Counted from the stretch's first letter, positions 9,966 to 20,234 are shown. The stretch: DNA of 64,000 bases from Corynebacterium sp. (GCF_030532195.1 NZ_JAUNLP010000006.1:121211-185210); one strand, 5' to 3'. The notes: generated from the sequence alone by a model not told the origin. Program-made: numbers and translations.

Positions 9966-10202
9966 ATGTCGGCGATTTGCCAGGTTACGGGACGCAAGCC
10001 GTCTTTCGGCAAGACCGTGTCCCACTCCCACCGGCGCACATCGCGCCGTTGGAACCCCAACGTGCAGCGTAAGAAGTTCTACCTCGCCTCTGAGGGTCGT
10101 CACATTACTCTTAATGTGTCCCCGAAGGGTCTGAAGACCATCGACAAGTACGGTATCGAAGCTGTTGTTGCTCAGATCCGTGCACGTGGGGAGAAGATCT
10201 AA
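9966..10202 (+). CDS. rpmB: 50S ribosomal protein L28
   Basis: [34 protein letters not shown] is the canonical L28 N-terminus. It has a single Cys only. Confidence 0.92.
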   Translation: MSAICQVTGRKPSFGKTVSHSHRRTSRRWNPNVQRKKFYLASEGRHITLNVSPKGLKTIDKYGIEAVVAQIRARGEKI

Positions 10203-10205
10203 AAA

Positions 10206-10370
10206 ATGGCACGTAATGACATTCGTCCAATCATCAAGCTGAAGTCCACTGCGGGCACCGGTTACACCTACGTGACCCGTAAGAACAAGCGCAACACCCC
10301 GGACCGTATCACCATTAAGAAGTACGATCCGGTAGTCCGCAAGCACGTCGAATTCCGCGAGGAGCGCTAA
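10206..10370 (+). CDS. rpmG: 50S ribosomal protein L33 (54 aa, Cys-free)
   Basis: Own translation: [54 protein letters not shown]. Not in the track because it is under 60 aa. Confidence 0.9.
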   Translation: MARNDIRPIIKLKSTAGTGYTYVTRKNKRNTPDRITIKKYDPVVRKHVEFREER

Positions 10371-10373
10371 TTC

Positions 10374-10679
10374 ATGGCTAAGAAGTCTAAGATTGCCAAG
10401 AACGAGCAGCGCAAGGAAATCGTCGCTCGTTATGCAGAACGTCGCGCTGAACTGAAGCGCATCATCAAGTCCCCGAACTCCACTGACGAAGAGCGCCTGG
10501 ACGCACAGTACGAGCTGAACCGCCAGCCGCGCGACGCATCGCCGGTTCGTGTTCGTAACCGTGACAATGCAGACGGTCGCCCACGTGGCTACCTCCGCAA
10601 GTTCGGTCTTTCCCGTGTCCGCGTTCGTGAGATGGCCCACCGCGGCGAACTCCCGGGCGTCCGTAAGTCCAGCTGGTAA
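10374..10679 (+). CDS. rpsN: 30S ribosomal protein S14, long (101 aa) Cys-free form
   Basis: [28 protein letters not shown]...[27 protein letters not shown]. Confidence 0.92.
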   Translation: MAKKSKIAKNEQRKEIVARYAERRAELKRIIKSPNSTDEERLDAQYELNRQPRDASPVRVRNRDNADGRPRGYLRKFGLSRVRVREMAHRGELPGVRKSSW

Positions 10680-10693
10680 GTCGAGGAGCACCA

Positions 10694-10945
10694 ATGAAGC
10701 GCAATCACTCTAACAAGAAGGCGCGGATGGAGCAGTCCCGCCGCCCGAAGAAGAACCCGCTCAAGGCCGCAGGCGTTGAGAAGGTCGACTACAAGGACAT
10801 TAACCTGCTCCGCCAGTTCATCTCCGATCGTGGCAAGATTCGTTCCCGCCGCGTCACCGGGCTTACTCCGCAGCAGCAGCGCCAGGTCGCTACCGCTGTG
10901 AAGAACGCCCGCGAGATGGCTCTCCTGCCGTTCACCAGCCGCTAA
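10694..10945 (+). CDS. rpsR: 30S ribosomal protein S18
   Basis: [50 protein letters not shown]. Confidence 0.92.
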   Translation: MKRNHSNKKARMEQSRRPKKNPLKAAGVEKVDYKDINLLRQFISDRGKIRSRRVTGLTPQQQRQVATAVKNAREMALLPFTSR

Positions 10946-11040
10946 AGACGGCTGGTCGGCGGGAGCCGATCATTCGAATACCCGCCGAAAGGCCTTATTT
11001 ACGCGCTGGCCGCATGACGATAAACATGCGATGACAGCGT

Positions 11041-11100
11041 AAAACGGACCTAATCCTCCCTGCTACGAAGGGAAAAAGGATTGGGTCCGTTTTGTATTTT
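11041..11100 (+). terminator. Terminator after the rpmB-rpmG-rpsN-rpsR operon
   Basis: AAAACGGACCTAATCCT ... AGGATTGGGTCCGTTTT stem followed by GTATTTTT. Confidence 0.8.
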
Positions 11101-11160
11101 TATACCTATTTTGCTTAGTAATCGCTGGGGCGCCTGCCCCATGGCCTAGACTTTTCAACT

Positions 11161-12096
11161 ATGCCCGCCCTCGCAGAGATATTCACCGGATTCGGTTCCG
11201 TCGCAATCCTGATTGTTGTTGGGTGGGTGTTTGGGCGCAGCGAAATCGTCGATAAGCGCGCGTCTTTTACCCTGAACATGGTTGTCTTCTGGATTGCCAT
11301 GCCCTGCATGCTCGCACACACGCTCGCCACCGCGGACTCAGCGAATATCTTTGGCTCCGCGTTTGCTGTCGCGGCGCTCTCAGCGCTGTCCACCGCGGCG
11401 GTCTACCGCATCGCCGTGGCACCTGCGTTCAAGCAACGCGGCGCGGATGCCGTGGTCGGTGCGATGTCATCGAGCTACAACAACGTCGCCAATCTCGGCG
11501 TACCCATCGCCGTCGCCGTGCTTCACGACGCAACTGCCGTCGTCCCAGCCCTGATTTTCCAAATCGCCTTCTACGCGCCGGCCTCTATGACGGTGCTGGA
11601 AATCCTTACTAACCGCAGTCGCTTTCGACTTCGCACCGTCATCGCGGCACCGCTGAAGAATCCCATTTTCCTCGCTGCAATGGTGGGACTTGCCGTCAAC
11701 GCCTTTGACATCCACGTCCCCGAGTTCGTTGTCCATCCCGTGGGTCTGCTGGGGCAGGCCGCTGTCCCGATGGCGCTGGTCGCGTTCGGTATCAGTCTGC
11801 ACGGCATGCCGTTTATGGAGGCCGGCCGCTCCCCTCGTCGCGCGGTCGTGGTCGCCTCTGCGCTAAAGCTCTTCCTTCACCCCACCCTCGCGCTGGTGTT
11901 CGGCCACTTCCTGTTCGGGCTGTCGGGACACGCGCTGCTTGCCGCCGTCATCATCGCAGGCCTGCCGACTGCTCAAAACGTCTACACTTTCGCCTCCCGA
12001 TTCGGGCGCAATCTCGAGCAGGCGCGCGACTGTGGTGTCATCACAACTATCGCGTGCTTGCCGACGATCGCAGCGTTTACCCTCCTCCTTAGTTAG
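11161..12096 (+). CDS. AEC-family (auxin efflux carrier type) membrane transporter
   Basis: 311 aa, about 10 TM helices. The N-terminus (FTGFGSVAILIVVGWVFGR...) and overall architecture are typical of the AEC/malate-permease family. Confidence 0.75.
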   Translation: MPALAEIFTGFGSVAILIVVGWVFGRSEIVDKRASFTLNMVVFWIAMPCMLAHTLATADSANIFGSAFAVAALSALSTAAVYRIAVAPAFKQRGADAVVGAMSSSYNNVANLGVPIAVAVLHDATAVVPALIFQIAFYAPASMTVLEILTNRSRFRLRTVIAAPLKNPIFLAAMVGLAVNAFDIHVPEFVVHPVGLLGQAAVPMALVAFGISLHGMPFMEAGRSPRRAVVVASALKLFLHPTLALVFGHFLFGLSGHALLAAVIIAGLPTAQNVYTFASRFGRNLEQARDCGVITTIACLPTIAAFTLLLS

Positions 12097-12150
12097 GTAG
12101 CAGTCAGCGGCTTCCGACGGCCGATAACGAATCTCGTTACCCTTGAGGGC

Positions 12151-12876
12151 GTGGAGATTCTGAAGACACTTCTCGAGGCAGACCCATCTGTTCCTCGTTT
12201 GACCTGTTATGACGAAACTACCGGTGGCCGCACAGACCTATCCGCACAGACGCTGGATAACTGGGCGTCCAAGATTGCAAACATGTTGCACGACGAGTTC
12301 GACCTTGTCGCCGGTGATCAGGCTTGGATTGATTTGCCATTGATTTGGCAGGCGGCCTGCATCATTCTCGGCTGCGAACGCGCCGGTGTGACGGTTAGCG
12401 ACGACGAGCCTCTCGTCGTCTTCACCACCGCTGAGAAGTTGAGCACGTGGGAGGAAAAGTTCCCGGATGCCTATCTTGCGGTGCTTACCGACGACCCCTT
12501 CGGCCGCGGTGTCGTTGAATGCGGCGATGACATCCCACCAGGGGTTATTGACTTCGGCCCCGAAGTCCGTTTCCACCCGGATGCGTACCTTGGCGCTGGC
12601 CCTGATTCCGAAGAAGCCCCCGTTATTGGGGAAGCATCGGCTGACGGGCTTATTAATGACGCTCACCAGTTCGCTCAGCAGCTGGAACTCGCCCCCAAAT
12701 CTCGCATAGTTTCCCACGGTTGGCTGGATTCGGAATCCGAGCAGGTCAGCGCACAACTTTGGGCCCGTAACGTGTTGTCTGCATGGACTAGCGGCGGCGC
12801 TGCCGTCGTTGTGCGCGGTGGCGATGCGGCACGGCTGGAGGCAATTGCAAGCTCGGAAAAGGCACGGGTCATTTAG
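12151..12876 (+). CDS. Conserved actinobacterial protein, TIGR03089-like (degenerate adenylate-forming-enzyme fold), function unknown
   Basis: GTG start. RLTCYDETTGGRTDLSAQTLDNWASKIANML resembles the N-terminus of acyl-CoA synthetase-like proteins, but without the catalytic motifs. Confidence 0.55.
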   Translation: MEILKTLLEADPSVPRLTCYDETTGGRTDLSAQTLDNWASKIANMLHDEFDLVAGDQAWIDLPLIWQAACIILGCERAGVTVSDDEPLVVFTTAEKLSTWEEKFPDAYLAVLTDDPFGRGVVECGDDIPPGVIDFGPEVRFHPDAYLGAGPDSEEAPVIGEASADGLINDAHQFAQQLELAPKSRIVSHGWLDSESEQVSAQLWARNVLSAWTSGGAAVVVRGGDAARLEAIASSEKARVI

Positions 12877-12929
12877 CCGACTGATTCCCGGCGAGAGGTC
12901 TTATCGGTGGTCGCGATAATCTAGAAATC

Positions 12930-14540
12930 GTGATTACCCGACCATATATTCTCGCGATTCTCGCTCTTTTCAATGTCTTGGGCGCCTTAGCTGTATGGGA
13001 TCTGAGCCCGTGGTGGTGGATCCTGATGGCATTTATCCTGTTTTTGGATTTGTTGGCCATCTACGACATGATTCAGAAGAAGCACTCCATCCTCCGGAAC
13101 TTCCCAGTTATCGGCCACCTGCGCTACCTGGGTGAGACCATCCGCCCGGAGATGCAGCAGTACTTCATTGAGCGCAACTTTGACGGTGCGCCGTTTGACC
13201 GCGATACCCGAACCGTGGTCTATGAGCGTGCCAAGGGACTGACCTCCAAGAAGTCCTTCGGTACTGAGCGCAAGATTAACGCTCCTGGTTATGAATACGT
13301 CCGCCACTCCATGGCGCCTAGCCGCAATGTGATTAAGGACCCGCGCGTCCAGATTGGCGGCCCCGACTGTGCACACCCGTACTCCGCGTCGATTATGAAT
13401 ATCTCGGCGATGAGTTTCGGTTCGCTGTCTCCGAATGCCGTCATGGCAATGAACATGGGCGCAAAGTTGGGCAACTTCGTCCAGGACACCGGCGAGGGCG
13501 CAATCAGCCCATACCACCTGAAGTACGGTGCTGACATTTACTGGCAGCTGGGTTCAGGCTACTTCGGTGCCCGCACCGAAGATGGCGACTTTGATCCGGA
13601 GCTATTCCGTGAAAAGTCAAAGCTTCCGCAGGTCAAAGCAACATATCTGAAGGTCAGCCAGGGCGCTAAGCCGGGTCTGGGCGGAATGCTGCCAGGCCAC
13701 AAGGTCAATGAAGAAATTGCGGCAACCCGCCACGTTCCAGTTGGCAAGGGCGTTATGAGCCCGCCATACCACCACGTCTACTCCACCCCGCGTGAGCTCG
13801 TGCAGTTCATGGGCACGATGCGTGAGCTCAACGGCGGCAAGCCAGTCGGCTTCAAACTGTGTGCGGGCTCCCAGCTGGAATTCCTCGCTGTCTGCAAGGC
13901 AATGCTGGAAGAAAACATCACACCGGACTTCATCATCGTCGACGGCGCAGAGGGCGGCACCGGTGCCGCACCACTGGAATACTCCGACCGCGTGGGTCTG
14001 CCACTTACCGACGGCCTGATTATGGTCCACAACGCTCTTGTCGGTGCCGGTCTTCGTGACCGCATCAAGCTCGGCGCATCCGGCAAAATTATCACTGGCT
14101 TCGACATCATTAAACGCATGTGCATTGGCGCGGACTTTGTAAATTCCGCGCGCGGCATGATGATGGCGACCGGTTGTATTCAGTCGCAGCTCTGCCACAC
14201 CAACACCTGTCCAGTGGGTGTGGCCACCCAGGATCCAAAACTGTGGAAGGCCCTAGATGTTGAGGACAAGGGGCACCGCGTTGCCAACTACCACAACGCT
14301 ACGGTGAAGGAAGCAGCTGGCCTGCTCGCGTCCATGGGCCTGGAAAGCTTCGACGAGCTGGGCCCGGAACATCTGCTGCGTCGCACCAGTGAGCAGGTTG
14401 GTGAATCCTACGCAGAGCTCTACAACTGGCTGGCTCCAGGTGAGCTGCTCACCGGTACCCGCTTCCGCAACTGGGCCGATGCCTGGGAGGCTGCAGACCC
14501 GGATACCTTCCACTACCCGGCAGCTCATATGCACGGATAG
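12930..14540 (+). CDS. FMN-binding glutamate synthase family protein (GltB domain-2 like) with N-terminal TM helices
   Basis: SILRNFPVIGHLRYLGE...ISAMSFGSLS...KVSQGAKPGLGGMLPG...IIVDGAEGGTGAAP...CHTNTCPVGVATQD motifs. Confidence 0.85.
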   Translation: MITRPYILAILALFNVLGALAVWDLSPWWWILMAFILFLDLLAIYDMIQKKHSILRNFPVIGHLRYLGETIRPEMQQYFIERNFDGAPFDRDTRTVVYERAKGLTSKKSFGTERKINAPGYEYVRHSMAPSRNVIKDPRVQIGGPDCAHPYSASIMNISAMSFGSLSPNAVMAMNMGAKLGNFVQDTGEGAISPYHLKYGADIYWQLGSGYFGARTEDGDFDPELFREKSKLPQVKATYLKVSQGAKPGLGGMLPGHKVNEEIAATRHVPVGKGVMSPPYHHVYSTPRELVQFMGTMRELNGGKPVGFKLCAGSQLEFLAVCKAMLEENITPDFIIVDGAEGGTGAAPLEYSDRVGLPLTDGLIMVHNALVGAGLRDRIKLGASGKIITGFDIIKRMCIGADFVNSARGMMMATGCIQSQLCHTNTCPVGVATQDPKLWKALDVEDKGHRVANYHNATVKEAAGLLASMGLESFDELGPEHLLRRTSEQVGESYAELYNWLAPGELLTGTRFRNWADAWEAADPDTFHYPAAHMHG

Positions 14541-14581
14541 GTTGCACTGCGCATGCGGTATTGGCCGCCATGGCCATGTAC

Positions 14582-14637
14582 AAAAGGCCGCTGGCACGAT
14601 GATCGTCGTAAAGCGATATGGGTGCCAGCGGCTTTTT
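14582..14637. terminator. Bidirectional terminator-like hairpin between convergent genes; its loop carries the repeat core CGTCGTAAAGC
   Basis: 16-bp stem 14582-14597 / 14622-14637 (AAAAGGCCGCTGGCAC / GTGCCAGCGGCTTTTT, one G-T pair) with an unusually large 24-nt loop. Confidence 0.7.
14603..14614 (+). repeat. Dispersed 12-mer family, 11/12 copy (tCGTCGTAAAGC)
   Basis: 63 nt after the stop of the co-oriented glutamate-synthase-like gene, in a hairpin loop. Confidence 0.8.
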
Positions 14638-14648
14638 CTATGCGGCTT

Positions 14649-14840
14649 TTACAGTGAACGCCGCCTCAGGACTCCATACATCAGCACCGAAACAATGCCG
14701 GCGGTGACACCGGAGACAACACCGATATCTCCTTCAATGAGGCCAAGGGAATAGGCGGTGAAGGCAAGTGCGAGGCCAACAACCACGCCAACGACGATGG
14801 CGAAAAATAGATTAATCATTCGAGCTTTGTTATCCGACAT
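14649..14840 (-). CDS. Small two-TM membrane protein (63 aa), hypothetical
   Basis: Strong AAGGAG RBS 7 nt upstream of the ATG. Two hydrophobic helices. Confidence 0.6.
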   Translation of the reverse strand: MSDNKARMINLFFAIVVGVVVGLALAFTAYSLGLIEGDIGVVSGVTAGIVSVLMYGVLRRRSL

Positions 14841-15008
14841 GCGATTTCTCCTTAAGCAAGTTTCTTATACAACATTTTGGTACTTGCGGATGCCTGCAGA
14901 ACTCTGCTGGGCACCTACGGGTATCGCCTCGAATCTTCGGATAATTGGCTTAATTGCTATGAAAAATAGATTAGCGCCGCTAACGGTGATAGTTGGATAA
15001 CAATTTAG

Positions 15009-15053
15009 AAAAATCCTCACTCCGGCCGTTGAAGGCTCGAAATGAGGATTTCA
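15009..15053 (-). terminator. Terminator after purK-purE
   Basis: AAATCCTCA (15011-15019) / TGAGGATTT (15043-15051) stem, followed by a T-run on the minus strand (TTTTTCT). Confidence 0.6.
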
Positions 15054-15098
15054 AAAGGTGTTATCGCGCGGAGGCGACGATGATGTATCTCTCCGCTG

Positions 15099-15644
15099 CT
15101 ACTCGCCCATCAGCTTCTTGCGCAGGCGCTCGTCCTTCGCCAGGACCTCATCACGCATATTGGCCTGGTACTTCTCCATCGCCACAATGAGCTCCGGGAA
15201 GCCGGCGGAGAGAATTCGCACGGCCAAAAGTCCTGCGTTCTTGGAACCGCCCACACCGACGGTTGCCACCGGAACGCCACCCGGCATCTGCACGATGGAC
15301 AGCAGCGAGTCAACGCCCTCCAGGTTCTCCAGCGCACGCGGCACACCGATAACCGGCAGCGGAGTGGCCGAAGCAACCATGCCCGGCAAGTGTGCGGCAC
15401 CGCCCGCACCGGCGATGATGCAGCGCAGCCCCTTGTCAGCGGCGGACTTCGCGTAATCAATCATGCGTTCCGGGGTGCGGTGTGCCGAGACCACGCCTAC
15501 CTCAAACGGAATACCGAACTCAGCCAGCACCTGTGCTGCCGGCTCCATAGTCGGCCAATCCGAGTCCGAGCCCATGATCAGACCGACCAGCGGACCGGTT
15601 GCGTCTGCCAGCTTCGGGCTTGCCACCTGGTTTGCTTCAGCCAA
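15099..15644 (-). CDS. purE: N5-carboxyaminoimidazole ribonucleotide mutase
   Basis: [14 protein letters not shown]...[11 protein letters not shown]...[12 protein letters not shown] motifs. I chose the TTG start at 15644, which has an AAGGAG RBS 6 nt upstream; the track start is 15668. Confidence 0.93.
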   Translation of the reverse strand: MAEANQVASPKLADATGPLVGLIMGSDSDWPTMEPAAQVLAEFGIPFEVGVVSAHRTPERMIDYAKSAADKGLRCIIAGAGGAAHLPGMVASATPLPVIGVPRALENLEGVDSLLSIVQMPGGVPVATVGVGGSKNAGLLAVRILSAGFPELIVAMEKYQANMRDEVLAKDERLRKKLMGE

Positions 15645-15712
15645 TGTTGTCTCCTTGTGAGATAGCAATCGAGTTTGTGGAAATGCTAGGCCTTAGGTGG
15701 CCTCGCTTGGTC

Positions 15713-17002
15713 TTATGCGGTGTAGCCGTCGGCCCACACGCCATCGACGATGTAGCCAGCAGCCAGGTTGGCAATCCGACGGGTCTCGGCAATCCCCTCC
15801 GGGCTTGCGTCATAACCGCACAGATTGACATGGCCCAGCTTACGTCCCGGGCGCCAGTCCTTGCCGTACCAGTGAATCTTCACTGACGGGAAACGACGCC
15901 AGACCTCAGCGAAGCGCTGCGAAATCGGCACATCAGAGGCTTCCTGGCCACCGAGAGTATTGACCATTACCGTCACTGGTGCAGTCGGACGGGTCGATCC
16001 CAGCGGAAGATCTGCCACAGCGCGCAAGTGCTGCTCAAACTGGCTGGTTTCACAGCCGTCCTGAGACCAGTGGCCGGTGTTGTGCGGACGCATGGCCAGC
16101 TCATTGACGAAAATTTCCGGCTTGCCTTCGGCATCGGTGGTCTCAAACAGTTCGACTGCCAGAGCACCGGTCACACCGAGTTCAGAGGCAATATCCACGC
16201 TGAGCTTTTCAGCCTTTTTAGCCAGCTCCTCAGAAATGCCCGGCGCCGGACAAATAGCTTCGACACAAATGCCATCACGCTGGACGGATTCCAGGACCGG
16301 CCAGGCCTTGACCTCACCGGATGGGGTACGGGCGCACATGGCTGACAGCTCGCGGACCAGCGCGACCTTCCGCTCGGCCATCAGTGGCACGTCCTTGCCC
16401 AGCAATTCGTCGACAAGCGAGCGCAAATCCTCGCGGTCCTTCGGGAACCAGACCCCGTGGCCGTCGTAGCCGCCGCGTCGTGCCTTCAAGCAGACCTCAC
16501 CGTCAACGGAATCGAAGAATGCCACGGCATCGTCCACCGACTCGATGGCAGCGTATACCGGCACGGGTGCGCCGAGCTTTTCCAGGCGCTGACGCATCAG
16601 CAGCTTATCCTGCGCGTACAGCAGTGCGGACGGCTGTGGCTGGACCGAGTAACCCATCTCGGTCAGTTTGTTGAGGAACTCCGTCGGCACGTGCTCGTGG
16701 TCGAAGGTCACGGCCTGCGCACCTGCAGCGGCACGCTCAACGTCCTCCCAGACGTGATAGTCACCTATGACCACGTCAGCGCACACCTGCGCTGCGGAGG
16801 CATCCGCCGAACCGGCGAGCAGTCGGATGGACTGGCCAAGCTCAATGGCCTCCGTCTGCATCATGCGAGCCAGCTGACCATCACCGATAACCGAGATGAC
16901 CGGCACGCCATCGGCGTGCGCTGGATGCTGCGCGGCCGTTGTCGGCGCGGCGGAATCAGGAGCAGAATTAGTGGAATTTTCAGAGATATCCGAAGCAGTC
17001 AC
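15713..17002 (-). CDS. purK: N5-carboxyaminoimidazole ribonucleotide synthase (ATP-grasp)
   Basis: VIGDGQLARMM, an ATP-grasp core and the C-terminal KLGHVNL motif. It lies upstream of purE. Confidence 0.93.
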   Translation of the reverse strand: MTASDISENSTNSAPDSAAPTTAAQHPAHADGVPVISVIGDGQLARMMQTEAIELGQSIRLLAGSADASAAQVCADVVIGDYHVWEDVERAAAGAQAVTFDHEHVPTEFLNKLTEMGYSVQPQPSALLYAQDKLLMRQRLEKLGAPVPVYAAIESVDDAVAFFDSVDGEVCLKARRGGYDGHGVWFPKDREDLRSLVDELLGKDVPLMAERKVALVRELSAMCARTPSGEVKAWPVLESVQRDGICVEAICPAPGISEELAKKAEKLSVDIASELGVTGALAVELFETTDAEGKPEIFVNELAMRPHNTGHWSQDGCETSQFEQHLRAVADLPLGSTRPTAPVTVMVNTLGGQEASDVPISQRFAEVWRRFPSVKIHWYGKDWRPGRKLGHVNLCGYDASPEGIAETRRIANLAAGYIVDGVWADGYTA

Positions 17003-17032
17003 ACCCCTGATTGTAGGTTATGGCCCAAAATC

Positions 17033-17494
17033 CTAGGTCAACCGGGAGACCAACTTAGCCACCTTGCGCGTACTCGGGATATCCTCCACGGCCAGCGGCG
17101 GACCATAGTGGCGAGTGTGCAGGTAGAGTACTGCACCCTTACGATTCACCGCCCGCACCGAGCGCAAATCAATGGACACCACCTGCGGGCGCAGCACACC
17201 GCGCCGCAGAATGATGCGCCGATCAGTTAAGACAAACCGCTCCCCCAACCAACGGAAAACTGGGCGCACTACCCGCCACAGAATCAGCAGCAGCCAGGCC
17301 AGCATGAGCAGCTGACGCACACCCTGCATATCTCCCGGTGCAATATTTGGGCTGTCAATGAAGCCGATGAGCAACCAGCAGACGCCGGTGATGACCATGA
17401 GCTCCAACAGTGGCCAAATCAACCGGCCGAAGGTCGGGTTGGTATCCAGCAGAATAACTTCGCGCGGATCTAGCTCGTCATACGGAAAAGCCAT
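17033..17494 (-). CDS. Membrane protein with bacterial PH (bPH_2/YdbS-like) domain
   Basis: Two TM helices followed by FVLTDRRIILRRGVL...V. It sits between birA and purK, as Rv3277/3278c do. Confidence 0.7.
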   Translation of the reverse strand: MAFPYDELDPREVILLDTNPTFGRLIWPLLELMVITGVCWLLIGFIDSPNIAPGDMQGVRQLLMLAWLLLILWRVVRPVFRWLGERFVLTDRRIILRRGVLRPQVVSIDLRSVRAVNRKGAVLYLHTRHYGPPLAVEDIPSTRKVAKLVSRLT

Positions 17495-18358
17495 TTAGCG
17501 AGCCCCTCGCTCCGCGCTGTTGTGCGCCGATGCATAGCCACCGTCGGTTGCGCGCACATGGAATACGTCACCGGCGGCAATGAAATGACTCTTGCCGGAC
17601 TCATCAGTGACAATCAATTCACCGTCCGCCCGCACACCAACAGCCTTGCCCACCAGCACATGATCACCCGGCAGTTCCACGCGCACGTTCGCGCCGATTG
17701 TCGCACAGACCGCCTCATAATCACGCAAGAGCTGGGCGTCACCCTGGCGCCACTGTGCTTGACGACGTTCCAGCGCACGCAACACTCCAGCGGAAATGTC
17801 ATTTCGGTCGAGATTGTCCGCGCCCGCCAGATATAGCGACGTGGCATGTGGTACCGGTAGCTCATCTTCCTGTAGCGACACATTGATTCCCATCCCCGGA
17901 ATGAGTGCTGGCGGCGTCAGCGAGGCGGCTTCCACCAGAATGCCGCAGAGCTTGCGACCGTCAATCAACACATCATTCGGCCACTTCAGTGCGACGCGCT
18001 CCGCGGCAATTCCGGCGACTTCCACCACGGCCTCTACTACCGCCAGCCCTGTGATGAGCGGCAGCAGACCAATCTGCTCCGGCTCCAGCCCCTCTGGTCG
18101 CAGCAGTACGCTCAGAGCAATGGATGCGCCCTTCGGCGCTTCCCAGCTGCGGCTGAGCCGGCCACGGCCTGCGGTCTGCTCCGATGCGATCAGCGCGCTG
18201 AGATCCGGCGCAAGCCCCGGCGCTGCCTGTTCCTTGAGATCAGCATTCGTCGACCCCGTGGTCTCCACAACGTCAATTGCATTCCAGCCTGGCGCGGCGG
18301 CGCGCACACGGGTGACGTCAAGCGGACTACGAGAGGCAGTAATACGAGGGTCGGTCAT
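17495..18358 (-). CDS. birA: Biotin--[acetyl-CoA-carboxylase] ligase
   Basis: TGSTNADL...EQTAGRGRLSRSWEAPKG...KWPNDVLIDGRKLCGIL motifs. I chose the start at ATG 18358 (MTDPRITA...); the track ORF extends to 18466. Confidence 0.9.
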   Translation of the reverse strand: MTDPRITASRSPLDVTRVRAAAPGWNAIDVVETTGSTNADLKEQAAPGLAPDLSALIASEQTAGRGRLSRSWEAPKGASIALSVLLRPEGLEPEQIGLLPLITGLAVVEAVVEVAGIAAERVALKWPNDVLIDGRKLCGILVEAASLTPPALIPGMGINVSLQEDELPVPHATSLYLAGADNLDRNDISAGVLRALERRQAQWRQGDAQLLRDYEAVCATIGANVRVELPGDHVLVGKAVGVRADGELIVTDESGKSHFIAAGDVFHVRATDGGYASAHNSAERGAR

Positions 18359-18483
18359 GCACAGCAGTCTAGCGCCCTGGGCGGATTCGCCAATTCGGTG
18401 TTGACTCCAATTATTCGCACACGTGAGAAGCATCACACTACACACGCTTACTATTTTCGACTCCAAACACTACATTTCCTAAC

Positions 18484-20130
18484 ATGACACTTTCCTCACG
18501 TTTACTGTCTGCAGCCCCCAACCCCACCACCGCCTCCCTCAACGAAGACCTCCTGCGTCGACGCGCGGCGGCGCACACTCCGATGGGACCAAGCAGTTAT
18601 GCCAAGCTCAAAACTGCAGGTCGTATGACCGCTCGAGAACGTATCGACTACCTTCTTGACCAGGACTCTTTTGTCGAGTTCGATGCCCTCGCTCGTCACC
18701 GCACCACCGCGTTTGGAATGGAGGCCAAGCGCCCTGCTACCGATGGCATAATCACCGGCTGGGGAACTATCGACGGCCGTGAGGTCTGCATCTTTTCCCA
18801 AGACGGCACAATCTTCGGTGGCGCACTCGGCGAGGTCTACGGCGAGAAAATGACCAAAATTCAGCAGCTCGCCATCACAACAGGCCGTCCACTGATCGGA
18901 ATGTACGAAGGAGCCGGCGCCCGAATCCAAGACGGCGCGGTCTCCCTCGATTTCATCGCTCAGACATTCCGCCACAACGTCCGCGCCAGCGGCGTCATCC
19001 CACAAATTTCGGTCATCTTCGGCGCCTGCGCAGGCGGAAATGCCTACTCGCCAGCACTCACCGATTTCGTTGTCATGGTCGAAGACAACTCCCGCATGTT
19101 CGTCACCGGCCCGGACGTCATCGAAACCGTCACCGGCGAAAAAATCGGACAACACGAACTAGGCGGCGCCGACACCCACATGGAAATCGCGGGTAACTCT
19201 CACTACACCGCCGCAAATGAACGCGACGGCCTCGATTGGGTCTGCGATCTGCTCGACTATCTGCCCAACAACACCTCATCGCCCACACCACACTGGGATT
19301 CCGACGCCAGCGACGACATCACCGACACAGACCGCGCGCTTGACTCGCTCATCCCCGACAGCCCATCCACGCCTTACGACGTCCACGAGGTCATCGATTC
19401 GCTTTGCGACGATGCCGAGTTCCTAGAAATCCAGGAGCACCGGGCGGCCAATGTCGTGGTTGGGTTCGGTCGCATGGCCGGCCATTCAGTGGGCTTTGTC
19501 GCAAACCAACCGATGGAATTTGCTGGCTGCTTGGATATCGATGCCGCCGAAAAGGCGGCTCGCTTTGTACGCACCTGCGACTGTTTCAACATTCCGCTCG
19601 TTTTTCTCGTGGATGTTCCTGGCTTTCTGCCGGGCGCACACCAGGAACACCAGGGAATTCTTCGTCGTGGCGCGAAACTGCTCTACGCCTACGCGGAGGC
19701 GACAGTCCCCAAAATCACCGTCACGATGCGCAAGGCCTACGGCGGAGCCTATTGCGTCATGGGATCAAAGGGGCTTGGCGCTGATGTCAATCTCGCGTGG
19801 CCGACAGCTCAAATTGCCGTCATGGGCGCTTCCGGCGCAGTACGTTTCCTCCACCGTGCGGAGATTAGAAAAGCTACCGAGGATGCCATCCTTAGGAACC
19901 CGAATGAGGCCGAATTGGGCACTCCGCAAAGTGTGAAGGAGCTCATTTCTGAGTTGGAAAAGGGATACGAACAACACATGCTGACGCCCTACCGTGCCGC
20001 CGAACGGGGGTTACTGGATGAAGTCATCCTCCCCTCCGAGACACGAACCCGAGTGATGAAAAATCTGCGCCTGCTGACTTCAAAGAAAGTGCCGTGGCCT
20101 GCACGCAAGCACGGTAACATTCCGCTGTAA
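18484..20130 (+). CDS. accD1: Acyl-CoA carboxylase carboxyltransferase beta subunit (DtsR1/AccD1-like)
   Basis: [40 protein letters not shown] and [17 protein letters not shown] closely match my recollection of C. glutamicum DtsR1. The paralogue number is assigned by similarity and position next to birA, so it is tentative. Confidence 0.88.
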   Translation: MTLSSRLLSAAPNPTTASLNEDLLRRRAAAHTPMGPSSYAKLKTAGRMTARERIDYLLDQDSFVEFDALARHRTTAFGMEAKRPATDGIITGWGTIDGREVCIFSQDGTIFGGALGEVYGEKMTKIQQLAITTGRPLIGMYEGAGARIQDGAVSLDFIAQTFRHNVRASGVIPQISVIFGACAGGNAYSPALTDFVVMVEDNSRMFVTGPDVIETVTGEKIGQHELGGADTHMEIAGNSHYTAANERDGLDWVCDLLDYLPNNTSSPTPHWDSDASDDITDTDRALDSLIPDSPSTPYDVHEVIDSLCDDAEFLEIQEHRAANVVVGFGRMAGHSVGFVANQPMEFAGCLDIDAAEKAARFVRTCDCFNIPLVFLVDVPGFLPGAHQEHQGILRRGAKLLYAYAEATVPKITVTMRKAYGGAYCVMGSKGLGADVNLAWPTAQIAVMGASGAVRFLHRAEIRKATEDAILRNPNEAELGTPQSVKELISELEKGYEQHMLTPYRAAERGLLDEVILPSETRTRVMKNLRLLTSKKVPWPARKHGNIPL

Positions 20131-20234
20131 GAGCAGGCTTTTGGTAAAAATTTTCACAGTTTTTACCCCTGGTTTTGTTAACGGCGGTTGCCCCCGACTA
20201 CCTCCCCCCGTTTTCGAAACGTAAACTAGTTGGC

